This document shows, piece by piece, positions 46,718 to 55,166 of a stretch of 64,000 nt of DNA; the first letter of the stretch is position 1; each line of letters opens with the position of its first letter. Origin of the DNA: a virus (Duplodnaviria; Caudoviricetes); the IMG/VR virus record IMGVR_UViG_3300046787_000352, positions 2,050 to 66,049 of that record; one strand, written 5' to 3'. The notes beneath the pieces were generated by a model. The model did no database searches. It was not told where the DNA came from and saw nothing but the letters and a program-made list of their open reading frames with translations. Both the position numbers and the translations under genes were made by a program.

Positions 46718-47186
46718 GTTGGAAGTCATCATCAAGCGCCGCGCTGCGGTGCTCTTGATTGTCTTAGCCGCGCTGGTAGCCGTTAATAGCTTTTTCAAGG
46801 ACAGCAACTCCGGCCGCATCATGAAGGACATCATCGCCGCCAACAACCAGTGGGCTTGGTACCAAGCCAAGAACGTGCGTGCTGCCATATACAAAACCAC
46901 CGCTGACTTGGTTGACGACAAGAAGTTGTCCCAGCTGTACCATGCAGAAGCACAGCGCATGAATGACGACATGGACAGCATCCGTGCTAAGGCTCAGGCC
47001 TTCGAGCTGGAGCAGAAGTTGCTCAGCATCAAAGCTCCGTACTACACCTACTCAGCCATGCTCATGCAGCTTGGTCTGGTCTTGTCGACCGCAGCTATTC
47101 TTGCTGTGTCTATGCCCTTGTTCTACTCTGCCGTGGCTGTTGGCTCGTTTGGTGTAGGACTGTTTATTGTTGCTTTAGGAGTTTGA
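46683..47186 (+). CDS. DUF4337-like membrane protein
   Basis: AANNQWAWYQAKNVR motif between TM segments. Confidence 0.65.
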   Translation: MTAEKKTLTRSELEVIIKRRAAVLLIVLAALVAVNSFFKDSNSGRIMKDIIAANNQWAWYQAKNVRAAIYKTTADLVDDKKLSQLYHAEAQRMNDDMDSIRAKAQAFELEQKLLSIKAPYYTYSAMLMQLGLVLSTAAILAVSMPLFYSAVAVGSFGVGLFIVALGV

Positions 47187-47187
47187 T

Positions 47188-47664
47188 ATGTTGCCAGTTG
47201 TGATGTCTATTGTTCAGGGCTTGATCGCCAACAACATGCACAAGGTCGCGGATGCCGTGGTCGAGAAGGGTGTCGATTACGTGCAGGACAAGATGGGTAT
47301 CACCCTCAAGCCTGAGCACGAAGCCACCAAAGAGGACTATGAGAAGTGGAACGCAGAGGCAGCCAAGCACGATGAGTTCATGGCCGAGCTCGACGAGAAG
47401 TCTCGCCAGCGTGCCACCGACATGCAGATGAAAGCCATGGAGTCAGACGACCCATTCATCCGTCGCTTCCTGTACTACTTCATCGGCCTGTGGTCTACCT
47501 TCTCCGTGATTTTCATCCCTTGCTTGATCTGGGTTCCTATTCCCGAGAACAACACGCGCTTCGCTGACACCATCCTCGGCTACGTGTTGGGTACGGTCAT
47601 CACCGGCATGTTTGCTTTCTTGCTTGGTTCCAGCCAAGGCTCACGCAACAAGGACAAGAAATGA
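47188..47664 (+). CDS. putative holin
   Basis: Two TM helices, FLLGSSQGS..KD terminus; directly before the endolysin. Confidence 0.65.
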   Translation: MLPVVMSIVQGLIANNMHKVADAVVEKGVDYVQDKMGITLKPEHEATKEDYEKWNAEAAKHDEFMAELDEKSRQRATDMQMKAMESDDPFIRRFLYYFIGLWSTFSVIFIPCLIWVPIPENNTRFADTILGYVLGTVITGMFAFLLGSSQGSRNKDKK

Positions 47665-48323
47665 TTCCAACCAGAGAAATGCTGGCGGCCGTCAAGGTCA
47701 AAGACCCGGACAAGTGGCTGCCCCACATCATCAAGACTTGCGAAGAGTTCGAGATCAACACGCCACAGCGCATCGCCGCGTTCCTGGCGCAGACTGCCCA
47801 CGAGTCGGCCGGCTACACAATGCTGGAGGAGAACCTCAACTACTCTGACGTGACCATGGCTGCTGTGTGGCCCGCGCGTTTTGCTGTGATTGACCCAGCC
47901 ACAAAGAAGCCGAAGAAGGACGAGAAGGGGAAGAACATCCCCAACGCGTTTGCCAAAGCCCTCCATCGCAAGCCGCAGCTCATCGCCAACAGTGTGTACT
48001 CGAACCGTATGGGCAACGGCACGGTTGAGTCTGGTGATGGCTGGAACCACCGAGGAATGGGTCTAAAGCAGTTGACCGGCAAAGACAATCACAAACGCTG
48101 TGGCGACTACCTCGGCGTGGACTTCGTAGCCAGCCCTGTTTTGTTGCTTGAGCCCGAGTACGCCGCGCGCAGCGCAGGCTGGTTCTGGAAGACGAATAAG
48201 CTCAACAGCTTCGCCGATGCCGGCGACATCAAGGGTATGACGAAGGTCATCAACGGTGGTCTAATCGGGTACGAGCAGCGCCAAGCGCTTTATGACAACT
48301 GCTCTGGACAGTGCCGAGCCTAA
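47661..48323 (+). CDS. endolysin, glycoside hydrolase family 19
   Basis: RIAAFLAQTAHES...EENLNYS...RG.G..QLTGK.N...SAGWFW...TKVINGG. Confidence 0.92.
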   Translation: MIPTREMLAAVKVKDPDKWLPHIIKTCEEFEINTPQRIAAFLAQTAHESAGYTMLEENLNYSDVTMAAVWPARFAVIDPATKKPKKDEKGKNIPNAFAKALHRKPQLIANSVYSNRMGNGTVESGDGWNHRGMGLKQLTGKDNHKRCGDYLGVDFVASPVLLLEPEYAARSAGWFWKTNKLNSFADAGDIKGMTKVINGGLIGYEQRQALYDNCSGQCRA

Positions 48324-48339
48324 GTGAGAAAATGCCGCC

Positions 48340-50283
48340 ATGCCTTTACAAAAACTCCAATTCCGCCCCGGTGTCAACCGTGAAGGCACGACCTTAGCTA
48401 ACGAGGGCGGCTGGTTCGAGTGCGATAAGATTCGCTTCCGTTCGGGCTACCCTGAGAAGTTGGGCGGCTGGATTAAAGATACGGGCATCGCTGAATCCAC
48501 TCTACAACCGCCTACTGGCTCTTACTGGGGTGTGGCGCGTTCGATGTGGAATTGGGAATCTTTGGCCGGTAACAACTACCTCGGCCTCGGCACCAACCTG
48601 AAATACTACATCCAGAACGGCCCCGACGGCTTGTTCTACGACATCACACCGATTCGAGACACCAGCACGGTTGCGTCAAACGCGTTTGATACCGTTAACG
48701 GCTCGACGACTGTTGTAGTGAACGACACAGGCCACGGGGCACAAAATGGTGACTTCGTGACGATTTCTGGTGTCGGTGGTGCGGTTAACGGTATTCCCGC
48801 CGCCGCGCTCAACCGCGAGTTCCAGATCACATACATCAACGGTAACGAGTACAGCATTGTTGTGAGCGCACCCGCAACCTCCACAGGTACGGCAGGCGCA
48901 GCAGATTTTGCCTACCAGATTACAACGGGCCTAGACACATTCACTATTGCTACAGGCTGGGGTGCAGGCGGCTGGGGTGGCTCAAACGTTGGCGGCACAA
49001 GTACGGGTTGGGGTGAAGCGGCATCTACTGGTGGTATTGGCCAGCAGCTTCGTCTGTGGAGCCAGTCGAACTACGGTGAGGACTTGATCTTCAACCCACG
49101 AGGCGGCGGAATCTACTACTGGTCGGTCAATGCGAACCCAAACATCTTTGATCGCGGAATTCAAATCACACCGTCAACCACAAGCGATACAACATGCCCA
49201 ACCATCGCCAACTTGGTTATGGTGTCAGATGCGTCTCGCTTTGTGATTGCCATGGGTACCAACGACCCATCCGGTACGCTATTCCCAACTACACAAGACC
49301 CCCTGCTGATTCGTTGGTCGCAGCAAGAAGACTACCAGATGTGGACCCCTGCGGCCACAAACCAAGCAGGTGATTACCGCCTGAGCCGTGGTTCTGAAAT
49401 TGTTGCTGCCCAACAAACCCGCCAAGAAATTTTGGTATGGACTGACGCAGCCGTATACTCTATGCAGTACCTTGGCCCACCATACGTGTGGGGCTTCCAG
49501 ATCATGGGGGACAACATCTCCATCGCTGGGCCAAACGTGGTCTCGGTGGCGAACAACGTCACATACTGGATGGGTACTGACAAGTTCTACATGTACTCAG
49601 GCCGTGTTGAGACACTGCCTTGTTCTTTACGTCAGTACGTTTTCCAGAACATCAACATGGAGCAGTCGTATCAGTTTTTCTCTGGTACGAATGAAGGCTA
49701 CAGCGAGATTTGGTGGTTCTATTGCTCGGCCAACAGCCTTGTGGTGGACCGCTATGTGGTGTTCAACCACCTTGAGCGTACTTGGTATTACGGCACTATG
49801 GAGCGCACCGCTTGGTTGGATAGCCCGTTGCGCGATGTTCCTATGGCTGCTGGCTACAATGGTCAACTGCTGTACCACGAAACCGGTAACGACGATGGAA
49901 CCACTAGCCCTCCTAGCCCTATTGAGGCGTTTTGCCAGTCTTCGGACTTCGACATTGGTGATGGCCATAATTTCGGCCTTGTCTCTCGCATTATTCCTGA
50001 CGTCACCTTTGATGGCTCAGATGTAGTAGACCCAACGGTTGTGTTCACTGTGCGTCCGCGCCAGAACCCCGGCGCAAACTACGGCCGCTCAGATAGCCCT
50101 GATGTGGTCAGCGCCAACAATTACATTGGTCAGCGCACGTACAACGTGCAGCAGTTCACCCAGTATGTCTATGTCCGTGTGCGCGGCCGCCAGATGGCTT
50201 TCCGTGTGGGTTCAAACGAGTTAGGTGTGGCGTGGCAGCTCGGCGCCCCTCGCCTTGATGTGCGTCCTGACGGCCGGAGATAA
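48340..50283 (+). CDS. tail nozzle/tubular protein B-like (P22 gp10-like)
   Basis: Beta-propeller-like Trp-rich protein (IRWSQQE, NQAG..RL, EIWWFY, RTAW) ending in RPDGRR. Confidence 0.75.
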   Translation: MPLQKLQFRPGVNREGTTLANEGGWFECDKIRFRSGYPEKLGGWIKDTGIAESTLQPPTGSYWGVARSMWNWESLAGNNYLGLGTNLKYYIQNGPDGLFYDITPIRDTSTVASNAFDTVNGSTTVVVNDTGHGAQNGDFVTISGVGGAVNGIPAAALNREFQITYINGNEYSIVVSAPATSTGTAGAADFAYQITTGLDTFTIATGWGAGGWGGSNVGGTSTGWGEAASTGGIGQQLRLWSQSNYGEDLIFNPRGGGIYYWSVNANPNIFDRGIQITPSTTSDTTCPTIANLVMVSDASRFVIAMGTNDPSGTLFPTTQDPLLIRWSQQEDYQMWTPAATNQAGDYRLSRGSEIVAAQQTRQEILVWTDAAVYSMQYLGPPYVWGFQIMGDNISIAGPNVVSVANNVTYWMGTDKFYMYSGRVETLPCSLRQYVFQNINMEQSYQFFSGTNEGYSEIWWFYCSANSLVVDRYVVFNHLERTWYYGTMERTAWLDSPLRDVPMAAGYNGQLLYHETGNDDGTTSPPSPIEAFCQSSDFDIGDGHNFGLVSRIIPDVTFDGSDVVDPTVVFTVRPRQNPGANYGRSDSPDVVSANNYIGQRTYNVQQFTQYVYVRVRGRQMAFRVGSNELGVAWQLGAPRLDVRPDGRR

Positions 50284-50285
50284 GT

Positions 50286-50612
50286 ATGGCTCAGAAAAAC
50301 ACCAACCCACCCATGCTGCCGGTTGCTCCGGTCGAGTACAGCCAGCAGTTTATGGACCAGCTCACGAACGTACTTCGCTTGTACTTTGCGCAGGTCAGCA
50401 ACGCGTCGCCAATGCTGGCTTCTTCACAGGGTGTGGGAACAGACACCGTTATTTCTGGGCTGACGTTTGCTGCGCCAGACCCAACCGATAGGCGCTTATT
50501 CACGATTAGTTTGCCGACAGATGCAGACTTTGCGAACCTGCGTTCGGGTGACGTGTACTACGACACTTCTGGTGGCGCAGCCACTAGCTATCCTCTCCGC
50601 ATCAAGGCATAA
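50286..50612 (+). CDS. virion protein
   Basis: LP.AP.EY...LRLYF motif; follows the nozzle. Confidence 0.65.
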   Translation: MAQKNTNPPMLPVAPVEYSQQFMDQLTNVLRLYFAQVSNASPMLASSQGVGTDTVISGLTFAAPDPTDRRLFTISLPTDADFANLRSGDVYYDTSGGAATSYPLRIKA

Positions 50613-50642
50613 TATGCCCAACCCCCAATCTACGAGGCACCT

Positions 50643-52040
50643 ATGAGCCTGCAACACGCTGCACAACATCTTGCATCAAAAGGCCGAGGCCCTGACCGCA
50701 CCCTAGTTCACATGGCGCCTCGTGAGGTGGCCGGTCTTCAAGCCTTGGCTAAAGCCCATGGTGGCTCATTGACGATCAACCCCGAGACAGGTCTGGCCGA
50801 AGCCGGCTTTCTTTCCAACATCTTGCCAACGCTGATTGGTGTGGGTTTGACTGCTGCTACTGGTGGCGCAGCCGCCCCTTGGATGATCGGTGCTGGCGTT
50901 GGCGGTCTTCAAGCAATGCGTACCGGCAGCCTCAAAGAAGGTCTCTTGGCCGGCATGGGTGCGTACGGTGGGGCTGGTTTGGCTAGTGGTTTCACATCCC
51001 TCGGCACTCAAGCGGGAACAAACGCTGCTGCAACAGAAGCCGCGGCCGCCGGCGAAGCAGCTGCCACATCCGCAGGGGAGCAAGCGACTCAACAAGCTGC
51101 ACAACAACAGGCCCAACAACAAGCCATGGCGCAGGCGGGCACTCAATCAGCCGCAGAGTCAGCACGTCTGGCTGCTACTGCACCCCCAACGCTTAGCCCA
51201 GACATCATGGCACAGTCGGCGCGTGATTACGCGGCCGATACAGCAGGCACCGCAGCATCCCCATTCGGTGCCGCTACACAACAAACCATGGCCAACCCAA
51301 TGCAAGCTGGTTTGCAGGCGGCTGCCAATAACCCAAGTGCCTACGTAAATCAAATGGGTGGCGGAGCAAGTTTGGCCAAGACGGGGTTGACAGCTCTTTC
51401 ACCAGCAATCGCCGGCGCGATGACCCCTCAGATGGCAATGCCTGGCGAAGAAAAGTACACCGGCCCGTTGAGTCGTTACAGTATGTCTGAGGACTACAAA
51501 CCTTACGATCAGCAGCAACCCAACCCGTACTACCAAGCGCAGTACCAGAACTACCAGTACGCCGGCGGCGGTCCTATCGAGCAGATGTCGAACGCCAATG
51601 CGCTTGGTGCAAACACAGGATTCCCCGGTGCTGATGTACGCCAAGGTGCGTACGCTACACCATACCAAACACCCATGAGCCAAAACGTGGTTCAGGGCAC
51701 AGCCGACACCGGTGTGAATAATATGACTGGCGAAATGAACTTTGCCGGTGGCGGTGGCGTCTCTGATCTAGGTAGCTACTCAGACGGCGGCCGCATGCTT
51801 AAAGGCCCCGGAGATGGTATGTCGGATTCAATTCCAGCCAAGATTGGCGGTAAGCAGCCAGCTCGTTTGGCTGACGGTGAGTTTGTGATGCCCGCAGACG
51901 TGGTGTCTCATTTAGGTAACGGCTCAACAGAAGCAGGCGCACGCCAGCTGTACAAGATGATGGACCGTATTCGCTCGGCCCGTACCGGCAAGAAAAAGCA
52001 AGCGCCCGAAGTAAATCCTAGGAAGGTCATGGTCGCATGA
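50643..52040 (+). CDS. putative internal virion/ejection protein
   Basis: N-terminal GRGPD..LVH...TINPETGL domain; A/G/Q-rich middle; C-terminal GPGDGMSDSIPA...LADGEFV domain. Confidence 0.65.
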   Translation: MSLQHAAQHLASKGRGPDRTLVHMAPREVAGLQALAKAHGGSLTINPETGLAEAGFLSNILPTLIGVGLTAATGGAAAPWMIGAGVGGLQAMRTGSLKEGLLAGMGAYGGAGLASGFTSLGTQAGTNAAATEAAAAGEAAATSAGEQATQQAAQQQAQQQAMAQAGTQSAAESARLAATAPPTLSPDIMAQSARDYAADTAGTAASPFGAATQQTMANPMQAGLQAAANNPSAYVNQMGGGASLAKTGLTALSPAIAGAMTPQMAMPGEEKYTGPLSRYSMSEDYKPYDQQQPNPYYQAQYQNYQYAGGGPIEQMSNANALGANTGFPGADVRQGAYATPYQTPMSQNVVQGTADTGVNNMTGEMNFAGGGGVSDLGSYSDGGRMLKGPGDGMSDSIPAKIGGKQPARLADGEFVMPADVVSHLGNGSTEAGARQLYKMMDRIRSARTGKKKQAPEVNPRKVMVA

Positions 52041-52498
52041 ACTACACCATCACGCTAGAAAAGTTCACGGAAAACTACAGGGAGCTTGAACCCCTGTATC
52101 GTCAGCACTACGCTGAAATGACGGAACGTCTGGCTGGTGAGGGTGTGTTCTACAGCCCGTACAACCCACGATTGGATAAGTACGGGGAGGCGTGCCAAGG
52201 TGGTTGGTTGTTGAACTTTGTGGTCCGTTGTGACGGTGCGGCGGTTGGGTATAGCAATGTGTATTTGACCAACGACATGCACAACAACGACCTGATCTCC
52301 CAAGAAGACACGGTGTTCGTCCTGAAAGAGCACCGCAACGGAATCGGTAAAAAGCTGGTTCAGTGTGTAGTTGAAGAGCTGCGCTCGCGTGATGTGAAGC
52401 GGCTTATGGTGTCAGCAATGACTGACTTACGTGTGGCTAAACTCTGGAAGCGAATGGGCTTTAAAGAGATGGCCACACAAATGATTTATGAATTTTGA
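52037..52498 (+). CDS. GNAT-family acetyltransferase
   Basis: FVLKEHRNGIGKKL motif A; KLWKRMGF. Confidence 0.8.
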   Translation: MNYTITLEKFTENYRELEPLYRQHYAEMTERLAGEGVFYSPYNPRLDKYGEACQGGWLLNFVVRCDGAAVGYSNVYLTNDMHNNDLISQEDTVFVLKEHRNGIGKKLVQCVVEELRSRDVKRLMVSAMTDLRVAKLWKRMGFKEMATQMIYEF

Positions 52499-52506
52499 GG
52501 TGACTT

Positions 52507-53601
52507 ATGTGCGGTTCTAGCTCTCCAGCAGGTCCATCGTCGTCGACAACCCAAACGTCGAACATCCCCGAATACGCACGTCCGTACGTAGAGACGATGC
52601 TGGGCGCGACCCAGAAGCAGTTGTTTGACACCCAGCAAAACGTGGACCCAACCACCGGCCAGACCTCGACAGAGATCACCGGCATGAAGGGTTACACCCC
52701 GTTCAGCACGGACATGAACCAGTATTTTGCTGGCGCAAGCCCGATGCAGGAGCAGGCGTATCAAGGCGCGGCAAACCTTGGCCCAACACAACAGACATAC
52801 GACGCATCCACCATCGCCGCGCAGGCAGGACTTGGTGCCTTGAATCAGAACTACAACGGCATGCAGGCCCGTTCTCAGAACTTCAACCCCATGTCTGCTG
52901 CGCAGTACATGAGCCCGTACGTTATGCAGTCGTTGCAACCGCAGCTGCAAGAACAAGCGCGTGCATCTCAGATGGCTGGACAGCAACAACAAGCTGAGGC
53001 CGTTGGCCGTGGCGCGTTTGGCGGCAGCCGTGACGCTCTCATGCGTTCTGAGCGCGAGCGCAACTTGGGTATTCAGCAAGGCAACACAATCAGCACTGGT
53101 CTTAACACAGCGTACAACAACGCCCAACAGCAGTTCAACCAAGATCAAGCGCGCGCCATGGCTGCGCAGCAAGCCAATATTGGTCAACAGCAGTTCGGTG
53201 CGAACTTGGGTCTGCAAGGATTGCAGACTGCCAATCAAGCTGCCGGTACTTTGGGTACTTTGGGCCAGCAGCAGTTCGGTCAAGAGCAAGCGGCCATCGG
53301 CCTGCAAAACCAATTGGGTACGCAACAGCAACAGCTGGAGCAGAACAAGATCAACCAGCAGATTCAAAACTACGCCACCCAACAACAGTGGGGCATGCAG
53401 CAACTCTCCAACATGAACGCCATGTTGCGCGGCTTGCCGTTGCAAACCACTTCGACGCAGACATACCAAGCGGCTCCGTCCGCCGTGTCTCAATTGGCGG
53501 GTCTGGGTACTGCTGCCTACGGCGCAAGCAAAATGGCGAAAGGTGGTTCTGTGAACGCCCCGTCTGGCTTGGCCGACTTGGCAATCTACAACATGGGTTA
53601 A
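52507..53601 (+). CDS. putative ejection (DNA transfer) protein, Q-rich
   Basis: YMSPY...GAFGGSR; Gln-rich helical. Confidence 0.65.
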   Translation: MCGSSSPAGPSSSTTQTSNIPEYARPYVETMLGATQKQLFDTQQNVDPTTGQTSTEITGMKGYTPFSTDMNQYFAGASPMQEQAYQGAANLGPTQQTYDASTIAAQAGLGALNQNYNGMQARSQNFNPMSAAQYMSPYVMQSLQPQLQEQARASQMAGQQQQAEAVGRGAFGGSRDALMRSERERNLGIQQGNTISTGLNTAYNNAQQQFNQDQARAMAAQQANIGQQQFGANLGLQGLQTANQAAGTLGTLGQQQFGQEQAAIGLQNQLGTQQQQLEQNKINQQIQNYATQQQWGMQQLSNMNAMLRGLPLQTTSTQTYQAAPSAVSQLAGLGTAAYGASKMAKGGSVNAPSGLADLAIYNMG

Positions 53602-53610
53602 GGAAGAGAC

Positions 53611-55074
53611 ATGCTCAACGTCAATCAGATCACCTCGCAACTGGCCAAGATGCCAGACAACGCGTTGCAGCAGTACGCGACGATGCACAAGGCCGACCCT
53701 TATATGTTGGCCCTGACGATTGCTGAGTCCAACCGCCGCAAAGAGATGCGCACTGCCGCGCAGGGTGCGCAAGGCGCGATGCCTCAACCCAAGGTAGCCG
53801 ACCAAGCCATCGCTGGCATGTCTCCACAACAGCTTCCGGAGAACGTTGGTATCGGCGCATTGCCTGCTGACAACATGAAGGGTATGGCCGCCGGCGGCAT
53901 CGTGGCGTTTGATAACGGCGGTGAAGTGGCTACGTCTCCCGCAGGCGAGTTCTTTGGCGGCATCGCCAACTGGTTTGGTGAAGTGGGTGACCCTGCACGC
54001 AACCCGCGTGCGCAACTGGCTCAGCTACAAACCGAGCGTGCTCGTGCAGAACAAGGTATTTTTGAGGCATTGACACCTTCGCAAAAGGCTGAGCGCAAGG
54101 CCCAGGTCGCAGCGATCGACGCTCAGATCAACAACATGCAACGCCAAACGACGCAAGCTGCTCCCGCAGCTAAGCCTAGCACCGCTGCACCGTTGTTTAA
54201 AGACCCCCGTCGTACGGACAATGCCGCGTCGCCGAATTTTGTTGGTAACAAAACAACAGACACCCCAGACACCAAGAAGGGTTTGGGCGCACTGGCCGGA
54301 GCTTCTGGTGCTGCCAGCCAACAGTCAGGTCTTTCAGGCGGCGCAGGTGGAGCTGGCACATACAAGCCAAGCACACTGGCCGAGATGATGAAGGAAGTCA
54401 GCCCAGAAGTCGAGAAGATGAACGCTGAAGATCGTGCTGCCATGGACCCGTTCCGTAAGCAATTCGAGTCGGAGCGCAGCGACTTGGCCAAGCGTAAAGA
54501 GTCCAACAAGGCAGAAGCTATCTTGGCCGCTGGCCTCGGCATGCTGTCGGGTAACTCTCGCTACGCGTTGCAGAACATCGGCACCGGTGCCCAGCAGGGT
54601 TTGACCTCGTTGAAGGAAGCCAACCGCTTAGACGACGCAGCCAAGCGTGCGCTCATGCAGTCCGAAATGCACTTGGCCCAAGCCGAGATGCAAGGCCGCA
54701 AGGGTAACTTCCAGTCCATGAACCAGTTGGCCAACCAAGCCCGTCAAGAGAAGCAGTTCGCTGTCAGCTCTGAGTTGCAAAAGCAGCAGATCGCCCAACA
54801 AGGCCAGTACTACGGCGCCATGGCGAAAGCTGCGGAAGCTAAAGGCAGCATGGATTCTAAGATGTTGTCAGAGTACCGCCGCTTGCAGGAGTTGGCTGAA
54901 AAGCACGTCAAAGACAACGGCGGCATGGCAATGACCGACGCGCAGCGCAGCGCTATGTACCAAGAGAAGCTGAACGAGTATCTTGCAACAAACCCGTTCA
55001 TGCAAAAACTGGGCGCTGCTCAGGCGGCTGCACCCACCGCTGTTCGTTTAGCCGGACAAAACTATGGTGAATAA
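53611..55074 (+). CDS. putative internal virion/ejection protein
   Basis: MAAGGIVAF motif; helical A/Q-rich. Confidence 0.6.
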   Translation: MLNVNQITSQLAKMPDNALQQYATMHKADPYMLALTIAESNRRKEMRTAAQGAQGAMPQPKVADQAIAGMSPQQLPENVGIGALPADNMKGMAAGGIVAFDNGGEVATSPAGEFFGGIANWFGEVGDPARNPRAQLAQLQTERARAEQGIFEALTPSQKAERKAQVAAIDAQINNMQRQTTQAAPAAKPSTAAPLFKDPRRTDNAASPNFVGNKTTDTPDTKKGLGALAGASGAASQQSGLSGGAGGAGTYKPSTLAEMMKEVSPEVEKMNAEDRAAMDPFRKQFESERSDLAKRKESNKAEAILAAGLGMLSGNSRYALQNIGTGAQQGLTSLKEANRLDDAAKRALMQSEMHLAQAEMQGRKGNFQSMNQLANQARQEKQFAVSSELQKQQIAQQGQYYGAMAKAAEAKGSMDSKMLSEYRRLQELAEKHVKDNGGMAMTDAQRSAMYQEKLNEYLATNPFMQKLGAAQAAAPTAVRLAGQNYGE

Positions 55075-55166
55075 CCCACTTATGTGAGAGAATTCTCCAC
55101 ACAGCGCCTCAGTCTTACCCGCTGGGGCGTTTGCACATTTGATGGGTTACTTTCTGCTGATTGACT

